64,000 nucleotides of DNA from an uncultured Defluviitaleaceae bacterium (GTDB lineage Bacteria; Bacillota; Clostridia; Lachnospirales; WRAX01), in assembly GCA_964583165.1 (NCBI GenBank), contig CAZOVK010000001.1, forward strand, positions 60,025-124,024, in the 5' to 3' direction. The notes beneath the pieces are model-generated. The model was given only the letters and a program-made list of their open reading frames with translations. It did not search any database and had not been told where the DNA came from. Positions within the stretch are counted from its first letter, which is position 1. The number at the start of each line of letters is the position of its first letter. The position numbers were made by a program, and so were the translations under genes. Shown piece by piece: positions 1 through 9,629 of the stretch.

Positions 1-1133
1 CTTGAGTCTTCAGGATTCCAGATGTTGCCGGGGTTGCGCCCGAAGAGCGCGTAGTGTTTCTCCGAATAGATGATACTGCCGTCCAATAGGTTATACTCAA
101 AGATGACGCTATTACTGCGTTCAAGGATAAATCGATATCGTTTTTCGCTTAATAGCAGTTGAGCGTTATAGTTGGCTATGTTCTTGCGCTCGCTTAACAA
201 CAGATAGGTTATCAGCACAAATACCGCCACCAACACGCCCACTATCTGTAAGACAAGTTGTAAGCCGCTTTCATAAATCGTCTGTGTTGTCGCGTCAATC
301 ACGCGGGTAGGAATCGTGACGAACAGATACCACCCTTCAACACCGGCCGGTGTATAGTAAGACAGGCGCGTGCCACCGTTGTATTTATAGATGGCGTAGT
401 CACTTTGGCGTTCGCCCATATCCTTGATTATCTCATTGGCTGAATAGTTGTCGGTAAATTCGAGGGCGTTTAAGTCGTCAAAGAAATTGCTGTGAACCGT
501 GGGCATATTCAAGTTGTCTGAGAAAGCGAGATAGTCGCCCTTTATGTCAATCAATTCATAATAACCCTGACCGCCGTAAAGCGATACATTCAAAACACGT
601 GAAATATCCTGCGTAAACACTGAACCGCGAACGGCACCGATACTTTCGCCATTTTTAATGACAGGGCAGACAAACGAAACACTCGGCATCGCATCAAGGT
701 CTGACGGGGTAACGGGGGTTATGAATGCCTCTGTGCCCAAAAGCCGGTCTAAGTAGCCACTGTTCGTAATGTCAAGTGTATGTCCGTCAGTCGTTAAACT
801 CGTGCCGTCACTAAAATCAAACGCCATCCGAAAAAAGTTGTAATTCCTTGTCATTTCTCTTAAAACTCGCATGGGTTCATCGCCGTGTAAGTCGTCAAAG
901 TCGGCCATGACAGCCGCTACAGACCGCATCTGTGAGAGCTTCGAGTGTGCGTATTCCATAACCAGACCCGTTGATGTGCGTGTTACCTCACTTACGCGCT
1001 CTAAACCTATCTCACGTTGGCCTTGCTCCGTGCGTTCGGCAAAAAGGTACACAATCAGGACCAGTGCTATTACGATAAAAACGCCAAAAGCCGACGTAAC
1101 TAAAACCTTCGTCCTGCTTAATCCTTTGCCCAT
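1..1133 (-). CDS. Sensor protein, N-terminal part only (TM anchor, Cache-like extracytoplasmic domain, second TM, start of a PAS-like domain); output domain lies outside the window
   Basis: Absent from the ORF track because it runs off the left edge. Reverse-strand ATG at 1133 (MGKGLSRTKVLVTSAFGVFIVIALVLIVYLF...) follows GGTGAG. The frame stays open to position 1. A second hydrophobic segment (LQIVGVLVAVFVLITYLLL) is followed by RYRFILERSNSVIFEY. Confidence 0.55.
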   Translation of the reverse strand, partial: MGKGLSRTKVLVTSAFGVFIVIALVLIVYLFAERTEQGQREIGLERVSEVTRTSTGLVMEYAHSKLSQMRSVAAVMADFDDLHGDEPMRVLREMTRNYNFFRMAFDFSDGTSLTTDGHTLDITNSGYLDRLLGTEAFITPVTPSDLDAMPSVSFVCPVIKNGESIGAVRGSVFTQDISRVLNVSLYGGQGYYELIDIKGDYLAFSDNLNMPTVHSNFFDDLNALEFTDNYSANEIIKDMGERQSDYAIYKYNGGTRLSYYTPAGVEGWYLFVTIPTRVIDATTQTIYESGLQLVLQIVGVLVAVFVLITYLLLSERKNIANYNAQLLLSEKRYRFILERSNSVIFEYNLLDGSIIYSEKHYALFGRNPGNIWNPEDS

Positions 1134-1251
1134 ACGCTCACCGCCTTAATAACGATATTACCCGACTATATTATATCGGAAAAGTTTTGATTTGTAAATC
1201 CCACTTGAATTCTTTTTTGACTGCGTACAAAATATTAGACTACCCTCGGTC

Positions 1252-1277
1252 AAAAAAAGGGCGGTCATTGACCGCCC
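1252..1277 (-). terminator. Intrinsic terminator downstream of floA
   Basis: GGGCGGTC/GACCGCCC 8-bp stem with a 3-nt loop, followed on the minus strand by a T7 run (plus-strand A run 1252-1258). Confidence 0.75.
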
Positions 1278-1289
1278 ACTGAATACTGC

Positions 1290-2285
1290 TTATTTCGGTT
1301 TCACTGCGGCTTCAATCGTTGAGCCGCTCAACCCTTCGCGCATCTTCGTATCGGCTATCATGTTTTGCATCTTGTAGTAGTCCATTGCGCCCAGATTGCC
1401 GTCATTGAGCGCCTTGGCAATAGCGAGCGGGACGGCGGCTTCGGCTTCGACAACCTTCGCGCGCATTTCTTGAACATGGGCCTTCATCTCTTGCTCATGG
1501 GCAATAGCTGTGGCGCGGCGTTCCTCGGCCTTGGCTTGTGCTATTTGTTTGTCGGCTTCTGCCTGTTCAATCTGGAGTTGTGCGCCTATGTTGCGCCCTA
1601 CATCGATGTCGGCGATATCTATTGAAAGAATCTCAAACGCCGTACCGTTGTCTAGCCCCTTAGAGAGCACGGTTTTAGAAATCATATCGGGGTTTTCGAG
1701 CACCTGTTTGTGTGTCGAAGCGGAACCTACGGTTGTGACGATACCCTCACCGACACGCGCGATAACCGTTTCTTCGCCGGCACCGCCGACCAGTTTCGAG
1801 AGGTCAGCGCGGACGGTTACACGCGCGATAACCTTGACTTCAATACCGTTAATGGCGATTGCAGAAATCCAGGGTGTTTCAATGACTCGTGGTGTGACGC
1901 TGATGCGAACGGCTTCAAATACGTCACGCCCCGCTAGGTCAATGGCGGCGGCGCGTTCAAACGTGAGTTCGAGTTTAGCGCGTTGAGCCGCGATTATCGC
2001 GTCAACAACATTGTCAACACGACCGCCCGACAGATAGTGTGATTCAAGCTGGTTCAGTGTCGCGTCTACGCCTGCCTTAGTCGCCTTTATAAGCGGCTTA
2101 ATAATCTTTTCGGGGCGAACGCGACGCAACCTCATACCGACAAGGCTGAAAATACTGACTCTGACTCCCGCCGACACGGCAGAAATCCAGAGCCCAACGG
2201 GGACAAAGCTGAGGAACACGGACAACAGCGTGACAACTACGGCTATTGTCAGAATAATGGTGATAAGCAGATACGGGTCTAACAT
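1290..2285 (-). CDS. floA: Flotillin-like protein FloA (SPFH/YqfA family)
   Basis: N-terminal TM, SPFH core and Ala/Glu-rich C-terminal region ([21 protein letters not shown]) typical of FloA. AAAGGAG RBS lies 8 nt upstream. Sits directly downstream of nfeD, as in Bacillus yqeZ-yqfA. Confidence 0.85.
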   Translation of the reverse strand: MLDPYLLITIILTIAVVVTLLSVFLSFVPVGLWISAVSAGVRVSIFSLVGMRLRRVRPEKIIKPLIKATKAGVDATLNQLESHYLSGGRVDNVVDAIIAAQRAKLELTFERAAAIDLAGRDVFEAVRISVTPRVIETPWISAIAINGIEVKVIARVTVRADLSKLVGGAGEETVIARVGEGIVTTVGSASTHKQVLENPDMISKTVLSKGLDNGTAFEILSIDIADIDVGRNIGAQLQIEQAEADKQIAQAKAEERRATAIAHEQEMKAHVQEMRAKVVEAEAAVPLAIAKALNDGNLGAMDYYKMQNMIADTKMREGLSGSTIEAAVKPK

Positions 2286-2308
2286 AGTGATTAGCTCCTT
2301 TCATATTA

Positions 2309-2800
2309 TCAGTTTGATTGTGGCTCTTCTTCGTGGCGCGCTTGTGTTTGAGAAACAATAATCTTGCCCTCGCGTACCTCTACGACCTTGACATAACTCT
2401 TCTCAGGGATGTACTGACCGTTTGAGTGAACCTCTAAGACATTGCCCGAAAAATTCACATTACCGACAGGGCGTAGGCTCGTTACGGCGATACCCTCTCT
2501 GCCTAAGAGGTTAGAATAATCCGTTACCTTTTCGGTTTTGAGTGTTTCATTGAGAATCAGACGTCCGTAGAGTTGGCTGTTCTTAATATACCGCAAGAAC
2601 ACGACAACAACAACGCCCACGCCTACGATTTCGGCCAGAACCAGAACATACCCATAAGGCATGAACACGGCCGTAATAACGCAGGCAACAGCCATACTGA
2701 TGATACCCGCCGCGCCAAAGACCGAAAACCCCGGCGCGATACCTTCGGCAATCATCAGGGCAGTACCCGCGATGAGTAAAAGAATGATTACAAAGAGCAT
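2309..2800 (-). CDS. NfeD-family membrane protein (partner of FloA)
   Basis: Internal ATG at 2800 follows GGAGGGG (atgaggaggggttaaacATG). Hydrophobic N-terminal half plus a C-terminal OB-like NfeD segment (VTSLRPVGNVNFSGNVLEVHSNGQYIPEKSYVKVVEV). The longer track ORF to 2989 has no RBS and overlaps the divergent gene. Confidence 0.75.
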   Translation of the reverse strand: MLFVIILLLIAGTALMIAEGIAPGFSVFGAAGIISMAVACVITAVFMPYGYVLVLAEIVGVGVVVVVFLRYIKNSQLYGRLILNETLKTEKVTDYSNLLGREGIAVTSLRPVGNVNFSGNVLEVHSNGQYIPEKSYVKVVEVREGKIIVSQTQARHEEEPQSN

Positions 2801-2954
2801 GTTTAACCCCTCCTCATAGCTCTTACACCAGTGTAACACAGTTTGGTTCATTTTCAAGAACCTTTTATAAATATTAACGTGCCCAGCTTTTGCATAGTCT
2901 GATACATTATTTTTGCGCATAAATTCTTGTAATGAGATTTTTGGAGGCTTTATT

Positions 2955-3821
2955 GTGGTTACTAAATTAGTGGCAGAGATAGGTTGCAACCATTGCGGCG
3001 ACGTGAGGATAGCAAAACAGCTTATAACGGCGGCGGCTGTGTTTGCGCGGGCTGATGTGGTGAAGTTTCAAAAGCGGAACCCGCGCGAGTTATTGAGTTT
3101 CGGCGAATATAACCGCCCACACCCGAACCCCGAGCACGCTTACGGCGCGACATACGGCGAACACCGCGAGTTTCTGGAGTTCTCGGCTAAAACACACAGA
3201 GAGTTGTCAGAATTTTGTGATGACATGGGCATAGAATATGCGTGTTCTGTTTGGGACAATACGAGCGCTTCTGAAATTGCGGAGATAAACCCTTCTTACA
3301 TAAAGATACCGTCACCCAAGAACGCCGATATGGGGCTTATTGGTTGGTTAATAGACAACTATGACGGGAAAATTCACGTTAGTTTGGGCATGACAACGCG
3401 TAGTGAGGAAGAAAGGCTTATCGAGTGCTTTGAAAAGGCGGGGCGACTGAGGGATTTAACGATTTACGCCTGTACTTCGGCATATCCTGTGGCGTTTTCT
3501 GATATTTGTTTGTTGGAGATTAGGCGGTTGGTTGATACCTACGGCGGTATGGTTGATGCAATAGGTTTTTCGGGTCATCATAACGGTATCGCGGTGGATA
3601 TAGCGGCGGCTACTTTGGGCGCTTCGGTCATTGAGCGGCATTTTACACTTGACCGAACATGGAAAGGCACTGACCATGCCGCATCATTAGAGCCTGACGG
3701 TTTGAGAAAGCTCAAACGTGATTTGGATAATACGGCACTCGCGCTCACGTATAAGCCCGCCGAGTTGCTGGAGTGTGAGATGCCGAGCTATAAAAAGCTC
3801 AAAGGGGGCGGAAACGTATGA
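2955..3821 (+). CDS. N-acylneuraminate(-9-phosphate) synthase family protein (NeuB/NANS-like), lacking a C-terminal SAF domain
   Basis: GTG at 2955 lies 7 nt after GGAGG. Motifs VAEIGCNH, VKFQKR, CTSAYP, GFSGHH and ERHFTLDRTWKGTDHAASLEP are present. The stop overlaps the next gene (ATGA). Confidence 0.75.
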   Translation: MVTKLVAEIGCNHCGDVRIAKQLITAAAVFARADVVKFQKRNPRELLSFGEYNRPHPNPEHAYGATYGEHREFLEFSAKTHRELSEFCDDMGIEYACSVWDNTSASEIAEINPSYIKIPSPKNADMGLIGWLIDNYDGKIHVSLGMTTRSEEERLIECFEKAGRLRDLTIYACTSAYPVAFSDICLLEIRRLVDTYGGMVDAIGFSGHHNGIAVDIAAATLGASVIERHFTLDRTWKGTDHAASLEPDGLRKLKRDLDNTALALTYKPAELLECEMPSYKKLKGGGNV

Positions 3822-4477
3822 AGCATATCGCGCTCATACCCGCGAGGGGCGGGAGTAAAACGATACCGCTTAAAAACATCAGACCGTTTCGCGGCAGACC
3901 GCTGATTTATTGGGTTCTTGACGCGGCTTGCGCCTGTTCGGGTTTAGACGCGGTGTATGTGAGCACGGACAGTGATTTGATAGCGGAAGTCGCGCAGGCA
4001 CATAGCCCACAAGTTCGGATATTCAACCGCGCCGCCGAAACAGCGACGGACACGGCTAGTACTGAAAGTGCCATGCTGGAGTTCGCGAAAGCTTTTGAGT
4101 TCGAGAAAATGGTGTTGATTCAAGCAACCATGCCGTTTTTGAGCGCGACGCATCTGTCACGCGGGCTGGAGCTCATGGAACAAGGTTTTGACTCCGTTTT
4201 AAGCGTTGTTCGCATGAAACGCTTTGTCTGGAACGAAAACGGCGGGGCGGTTGAGCCACTCAATTATGACCCCCAAAACCGCCCGCGCCGTCAAGATTTT
4301 AACGGTGTGTTGATTGAAAACGGTTCTTTTTATATCACTTCGCGGGAAAGATTATTGCAAACGAAATGCCGTTTGAGCGGGCGCGTTGCGGCTGTTGAAA
4401 TGCCCGAATATACATTCACAGAGCTTGACGAGCCGCAAGATTGGGTGACGCTGGAAAATTTGTCTAGTTTTCGTTAA
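3818..4477 (+). CDS. neuA: Acylneuraminate cytidylyltransferase (CMP-sialic-acid-type synthetase)
   Basis: N-terminal IALIPARGGSKTIPLKNI motif of the CMP-NeuAc/KDO cytidylyltransferase fold. Translationally coupled to the upstream synthase. Confidence 0.75.
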   Translation: MKHIALIPARGGSKTIPLKNIRPFRGRPLIYWVLDAACACSGLDAVYVSTDSDLIAEVAQAHSPQVRIFNRAAETATDTASTESAMLEFAKAFEFEKMVLIQATMPFLSATHLSRGLELMEQGFDSVLSVVRMKRFVWNENGGAVEPLNYDPQNRPRRQDFNGVLIENGSFYITSRERLLQTKCRLSGRVAAVEMPEYTFTELDEPQDWVTLENLSSFR

Positions 4478-4889
4478 GACGGCGGCTCTTGTATAACCTA
4501 AACCAATAAAACAGGCTGATTAACACCGAACAGATACACGTGACCCAACCGCGAAATGTGTCGGTGAGCATACCGCCCTCAAACAGCGGTTCACTTATAT
4601 GGCGCAGGTTGAGCACGAACATAACGACCGCGCACGCGCTCATAATGCCAAAGATAATGTTCATGCGAGGGTGCCCGACATACACATCATTTAACGTCAT
4701 TATGGTAAGAACGATAAGAAATGAGATATACAGCCCAATCAACGCGCCGTTAAACGTACTCGCCCAGATGATGCCGAAATCGCGGAGAAACATATCAAAC
4801 AAGATATACACCATCAGAAAGATGTACCCCGCAGTGCAGGCATTGCCGCGCACGAGTTTCTGGCGCTCGTCAAAATCAAAGTTTTTCAT
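4464..4889 (-). CDS. Multi-pass membrane protein of unknown function, co-transcribed with the XRE regulator
   Basis: 141-aa ORF with about 4 hydrophobic segments. Its start overlaps the stop of the upstream HTH gene. Confidence 0.5.
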   Translation of the reverse strand: MKNFDFDERQKLVRGNACTAGYIFLMVYILFDMFLRDFGIIWASTFNGALIGLYISFLIVLTIMTLNDVYVGHPRMNIIFGIMSACAVVMFVLNLRHISEPLFEGGMLTDTFRGWVTCICSVLISLFYWFRLYKSRRLNEN

Positions 4890-5091
4890 TGTTCCCTACC
4901 TCCCAGAATAATTCGTCCAGCGTTCGACCCAGCGCGTGGCAAATTGCGCGGCAAAGCTTGATTGTGGGGTTATATTCACCCAGTTCGATTAGGTTAATCG
5001 TCTGGCGCGAAACACCCACGGCATCGGCTAGTTGCTGTTGTGTCAAATCGAGCGCCGCACGCGCCGACTTCATTTTCAGATTCTTTGGCAT
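4876..5091 (-). CDS. XRE-family helix-turn-helix transcriptional regulator
   Basis: LTQQQLADAVGVSRQTINLIELGEYNPTIKLCRAICHALG is a canonical HTH_3 pattern. GAGGTGG RBS is present. Confidence 0.85.
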   Translation of the reverse strand: MPKNLKMKSARAALDLTQQQLADAVGVSRQTINLIELGEYNPTIKLCRAICHALGRTLDELFWEVGNNEKL

Positions 5092-5174
5092 CTGACCACC
5101 TCTGGCATATTATATGATATAAATATATAAATGTCAAGTATAATATATATTAAATATGCGATAGACGACAATAC

Positions 5175-5196
5175 AAAACCGCCTCACGGCGGTTTT
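5175..5196 (-). terminator. Intrinsic terminator after the DUF1232 gene
   Basis: AAAACCGCC-tcac-GGCGGTTTT hairpin, flanked by a T-rich tail on both strands. Confidence 0.6.
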
Positions 5197-5204
5197 GTAT
5201 TGTG

Positions 5205-5573
5205 TTATTTGATTATAGCTTGCACTATCAACCATATGACCAAGAGCCAAATCAACACGATTGGTAGGGCGTAGTACCACTTTTTGGGTTTCCCGCTTGC
5301 CCACATGCCCTCGGCTTCTTTTTGGCATTCGGCGAAGACTTCGGGAGGTATCATGTTCAGCGTAAGCGCGATAAGCGCCGGAAGCAGAATAATGTCGTCC
5401 AGAAGCCCCAAAACGGGTATGAAATCGGGTATAAAGTCGATGGGGGAGAGGGCGTAAACGATTGTGAACGCCGCCAAGACTTTGGCTAAAAGCGGCGTTT
5501 CTTTGCGCTTCATAGCTAGAAAAACAGCGGGTATGTCGGTTTTGAGTTTCTTAGCGCGTTCCTTTAAGTTCAT
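5205..5573 (-). CDS. YkvA/DUF1232-family membrane protein
   Basis: Motif YALSPIDFIPDFIPVLGLLDDIILLP is characteristic of DUF1232. AAGGGGA RBS is present. Confidence 0.75.
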   Translation of the reverse strand: MNLKERAKKLKTDIPAVFLAMKRKETPLLAKVLAAFTIVYALSPIDFIPDFIPVLGLLDDIILLPALIALTLNMIPPEVFAECQKEAEGMWASGKPKKWYYALPIVLIWLLVIWLIVQAIIK

Positions 5574-5600
5574 AATTATCCCCTTATTTTTAGGAGCGGA

Positions 5601-6872
5601 TTATCTGCGTTTTTGTAACTCGTTGACCGCCTTGACCACACCATATTTCCCGTGTTCAAACGTAAGCGCCCCTTGCATGTAGACGATAAACGGCTCGCGC
5701 ATGGGCGCATCTGCCGACAGTTCTATGCTCGCGCCCGAAGTGAACGCCCCCGCCGCCATGATAACGGGGCAATCGTAACCGGGCATATCCCAACCTTCGG
5801 GGGTCACAAACGCGTCAACTGGCGCGGCGGCTTGAATACCACGGCAGAAAGCCGTGACGGCTTCGGGGTTACCCAACTTTATGGCTTGAACAATATCAGC
5901 GCGTATGTCTTTACTGTGCGGGAGGGTTTCAAAGCCCAGACGTTCGCACACAGCCGCCGCATAAACGGCCGTCTTCACCGCGGCGGCCGTGACTGTCGGG
6001 GCGATAAACAAACCCTGAATCATCTTAGGCGTAACACCCAGCCCGGGGCCGACCTCCGCGCCCAGACCGGGGGCTGTTAGTCGGTAGGCGGCGTTTTCTA
6101 CGTATTTGCGCTTGCCTGCGATATATCCGCCGACAGGCGCAAGACCGCCGCCCGGGTTCTTGATTAGTGAGCCGACAACCAAATCGGCGCCCACATCAGA
6201 CGGTTCAATGGTTTCGACAAACTCACCATAACAGTTATCCACCATTATGATGACATCTTTATCGATTGAGCGTATAAAGTCAATGGCATCCTTTATATCC
6301 GTGACCGATAAGGATTTACGCCACTTATAACCCTTTGAACGCTGAATCGAAACCAGCTTCACGCCATCTTCAAGAGCGGTTTTAACAGCCTCAAAGTCTA
6401 ACATGCCGTCTTCTGTGAGTTCGGTTTGTTTATAATAAATGCCATGTTCAGAAAGACTACCCGCTGTTTCTCGTATGCCGATTACCCCTTGAAGCGTGTC
6501 ATAGGGCGCCCCCGTTACGCAAAGCAGGGTGTCGCCGTGGCGTAGATTCCCGAATAGCGCGACAGACAGGGCGTGTGTGCCCGATACGATTTGTGGGCGC
6601 ACAAGCGCGGCTTCTGTGTGGAATACGTCGGCGTAAATGCTCTCGAGCGTATCACGCCCCGCGTCATTGTAGCCGTAACCTGTTGTATACGCGAAATGTG
6701 ATTCTGACAGGCGGTTTTTCTGCATGGCAGATAGGACTTTCAGTTGATTTATACTCGCGATTTCGTCAATACTGTCAAACTTGTCCTTACATTCGACCAA
6801 AACCTCGGCGCAAAGCTTTGCGATTTGAGGTTCTATGCCGAATGTGTTGACCCAAATATCCGTTAAACTCAT
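5601..6872 (-). CDS. PLP-dependent 'aluminium resistance' / methionine gamma-lyase-family protein (YnbB-like)
   Basis: 423 aa. The N-terminal region and the SIQRSKGY lysine segment match my recollection of this family. Overlaps the miaA stop, a common miaA-ynbB arrangement in Firmicutes. Confidence 0.7.
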   Translation of the reverse strand: MSLTDIWVNTFGIEPQIAKLCAEVLVECKDKFDSIDEIASINQLKVLSAMQKNRLSESHFAYTTGYGYNDAGRDTLESIYADVFHTEAALVRPQIVSGTHALSVALFGNLRHGDTLLCVTGAPYDTLQGVIGIRETAGSLSEHGIYYKQTELTEDGMLDFEAVKTALEDGVKLVSIQRSKGYKWRKSLSVTDIKDAIDFIRSIDKDVIIMVDNCYGEFVETIEPSDVGADLVVGSLIKNPGGGLAPVGGYIAGKRKYVENAAYRLTAPGLGAEVGPGLGVTPKMIQGLFIAPTVTAAAVKTAVYAAAVCERLGFETLPHSKDIRADIVQAIKLGNPEAVTAFCRGIQAAAPVDAFVTPEGWDMPGYDCPVIMAAGAFTSGASIELSADAPMREPFIVYMQGALTFEHGKYGVVKAVNELQKRR

Positions 6873-7798
6873 ACTCTCTCCAGTGATTCAATGATTTGAG
6901 CGGCGATTGCGTCCGCGTCTTTGTAATTGCGTATGTCTAGCCACATGCCGCGCATTTGACCGCCGAACCATGTGAGTTGGCGTTTTGCCATGTGGCGCGT
7001 GTTGATTTTAATGTCGTAAATGGCTTGTTCTAGCGTGATTTCGCCGTCTAAATATGCCCAAACCTCTTTATAACCGATACCGCGCATACTGGTTAGACTT
7101 CTCGCGTAACCCATTGATTTTAACCGCGCCACTTCGTCAATCAGACCGTTTTCGAGCATCTTGTCAACACGTATTTCTATTCGTTCATAGAGCTTTTGCC
7201 TGTCGTCTGTGAGGATGAAAACCGCGTAGTCGGTTTTGGCTTCGCGTGCGCGTTCTTTTGCGTTGTGGGATGAAATGGGTTTGCCCGTAAGTTTGTGATA
7301 CTCTAAGGCGCGAATTACGCGTTTGACGTTGTTTTCGTGAATGGCGCGGGCTGAAATAGGGTCAACCTCTGCCAGACGCGCGTGTAAAGCGGCGTTGGAG
7401 TGCTCCTCGGCGAATGCCCAAAGTTCGGCGCGGTAATCATGGTCAGTGTCCATCTCTACGAATTGGTTGGCTTTGATGAGGGCATTCAAATAAAAACCTG
7501 TGCCGCCCGCTATAATCGGTTGTTTGCCGCGTGTACGAATGTCCTTGATAGCTTCTTCGGCGCGGGCGCAAAAATCGAAGGCTGAAAACGGCGTGTCGGG
7601 CGTGATTTCGTCCATTAAGTAATGCGGAATGCCATCTTGCTCTGAAAGCGTGGGCTTCGCTGTTCCTATGTCCATGAATTTGTAAATCTGCATTGAATCG
7701 GCTGATATTATCTCGCCGCCTAAGCGTTTTGAAAGCGCGATTGCGACGGCGGTTTTGCCTGTGGCTGTAGGCCCTGCTATTACAATGTTTGGTAGCAT
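6869..7798 (-). CDS. miaA: tRNA dimethylallyltransferase
   Basis: P-loop IVIAGPTATGKTAVAI, ISADSMQIYKFMDIGTAKP and the conserved C-terminal TRHMAKRQLTWF. Confidence 0.92.
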   Translation of the reverse strand: MLPNIVIAGPTATGKTAVAIALSKRLGGEIISADSMQIYKFMDIGTAKPTLSEQDGIPHYLMDEITPDTPFSAFDFCARAEEAIKDIRTRGKQPIIAGGTGFYLNALIKANQFVEMDTDHDYRAELWAFAEEHSNAALHARLAEVDPISARAIHENNVKRVIRALEYHKLTGKPISSHNAKERAREAKTDYAVFILTDDRQKLYERIEIRVDKMLENGLIDEVARLKSMGYARSLTSMRGIGYKEVWAYLDGEITLEQAIYDIKINTRHMAKRQLTWFGGQMRGMWLDIRNYKDADAIAAQIIESLERV

Positions 7799-7799
7799 G

Positions 7800-9611
7800 T
7801 TATGTCCTCAAAAACTTGCGCTCGATTTCGGCGCGTGTGATTTCTATGATAGTGGGGCGGCCGTGTGGGCATGTGAACGGGTTCTCCAGCGTCAGCAGTT
7901 CCTTAATCAAGGCTTCGCTCTCTTGGTAACTCATATGGGCGTTGCCTTTGACGGCGGCCTTGCATGATAGCATAGCGAGCTTCTCAACGCGCACATCATA
8001 CGTATTGGCCGAATCTTTGGGGCTTCGCGTGAGCATGTCTATGATTTCGTTCACGAAGCCAAAACCCGCGGGTTCGTCAAAGACTATGGGCACAGCCCTT
8101 AGCGCAAATGTATTATAGCCAAAATGTTCTATCTCAAAGCCCAGCGCGGTCAGCAATTCTTCGTTCTCGGTGAGGGCGGCGGCTTCTCTGTCTGTGAGTT
8201 CAAGCGCAACGGGCATTAGGAGCGGTTGTGACAGTTGTTGCTTTGACTTGAACGCGTCTGTGAACCGCTCGAATAAGATACGTTCGTGGGCGGCGTGTTG
8301 GTCTATCATATACATTGAATCGTCTTGGGTGAAGAGCCAATAAGTACCGAAAAGTTGACCGATTATGGTTGGGTGGCTAAAGTGGGCGCGGGCGGCTTTT
8401 TCGGTGGCCGGTTTGAGGGTAACCTCCGGTGAATTCGCCCTGTCAGCTAAAGCCGACTGTTCGGGCGGGTGGTCAGCTAGAGCCGACAGTGTTGACGAGT
8501 CGTGCAATACAATACGTTCGAGGTTGATTGTGGGTTTCGTGTGTGTGGGTTCTATAGTCATTACCGAAAACGCGTCTATCTGCTCGGTTTTGGTGATGGG
8601 CGCGAGTTTCACTGAGGGCACGGCAATGACGCGCTCAAGCGCACTTTGAACGGCGGCGTATACGGCGTTGTAAGCGGCGTGTTCGTCAGAGAACCGTATG
8701 TGCAGTTTCGCGGGATGGACGTTTACGTCGATTGCCGACGGGTCAATGTCTAGGTACAGCGCAAAAACGGGGAAGCGCCCCGCAAAAATACGCGTTCTGT
8801 AAGCGTCTTCAACGGCATGGGTTAGGATTTCTGACTTTATCATGCGGCGGTTTATGAAGAAGTGGTACAGCCCGCGATTGCCACGTGTTTGGGTGGGTTC
8901 GCTGACGAAACCCGTTATGCGAAAGCCGTCTTGGGTGTAGTCAACATCTCTCAGGTTTTGGGCGACCTCGCGCCCATAAACGGACGAAAAAGCCGAGCGC
9001 GGACTATGCCCCGCCGTGCGAAACATCTCTGAGCCGTTCAGTGTATACGTGTACTGGATATTGAAGTTACATAGTGCGTGCTGTTTCACGGCTTCGGAAA
9101 TAAGCGCGTTTTCGGCGGCGGGCTTTTTGAGGAATTTCCGCCGAGCGGGCACGTTGTAGAAGAGGTTACGGACTGCAAAACTCGTGCCGACATTACAAGC
9201 CGCGCTTGACACGCTGTCAAAACGCCCGCCTTCAATCAGAACGCGCGTTCCGTTATTTTCTTGCGCCGTGCGCGTAAGCATTTCTACTTGTGAAACACCC
9301 GCGATACTCGATAACGCCTCTCCGCGAAAGCCCATTGTAAGTATTGTTTCTAAATCGTCAATGGATGTAATCTTACTCGTCGCGTGGCGCAAAAACGCCG
9401 TTTCTGCCTGTTCGCGCGGGATGCCCGAGCCGTTGTCTGTTACGCGGATGAGGTATTCGGCGGCTTCGGCTGAAATGCGCGTGGCCCCGCCGTCAACGGC
9501 ATTGTCTAACAGTTCCTTTATGACTGACGCGGGGCGTTCTATGACCTCGCCCGCCGCGATTTTGTCTATCAAATGTGAATCAAGTACGCGAATTTCGGGT
9601 ATTTTAGTCAC
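7800..9611 (-). CDS. mutL: DNA mismatch repair protein MutL
   Basis: N-terminal GHKL ATPase motifs (IAAGEVIERPASVIKELLDNAVDGGA, DNGSGI) and the C-terminal endonuclease region (DQHAAHERILFE). Confidence 0.93.
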   Translation of the reverse strand: MTKIPEIRVLDSHLIDKIAAGEVIERPASVIKELLDNAVDGGATRISAEAAEYLIRVTDNGSGIPREQAETAFLRHATSKITSIDDLETILTMGFRGEALSSIAGVSQVEMLTRTAQENNGTRVLIEGGRFDSVSSAACNVGTSFAVRNLFYNVPARRKFLKKPAAENALISEAVKQHALCNFNIQYTYTLNGSEMFRTAGHSPRSAFSSVYGREVAQNLRDVDYTQDGFRITGFVSEPTQTRGNRGLYHFFINRRMIKSEILTHAVEDAYRTRIFAGRFPVFALYLDIDPSAIDVNVHPAKLHIRFSDEHAAYNAVYAAVQSALERVIAVPSVKLAPITKTEQIDAFSVMTIEPTHTKPTINLERIVLHDSSTLSALADHPPEQSALADRANSPEVTLKPATEKAARAHFSHPTIIGQLFGTYWLFTQDDSMYMIDQHAAHERILFERFTDAFKSKQQLSQPLLMPVALELTDREAAALTENEELLTALGFEIEHFGYNTFALRAVPIVFDEPAGFGFVNEIIDMLTRSPKDSANTYDVRVEKLAMLSCKAAVKGNAHMSYQESEALIKELLTLENPFTCPHGRPTIIEITRAEIERKFLRT

Positions 9612-9629
9612 CTCAGTGAGATATCTTCA

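Noticed and set aside
871-1149. 92-aa plus-strand ORF from the track.
   Set aside because: It lies entirely antisense to the long sensor-protein ORF (1-1133, minus). The sequence is low-complexity and basic, with no RBS.
2801-2989. N-terminal 63-aa extension of the NfeD ORF in the track.
   Set aside because: The internal ATG 2800 has a strong GGAGG RBS and begins exactly at the first TM segment. The extension overlaps the divergent synthase gene and promoter region.
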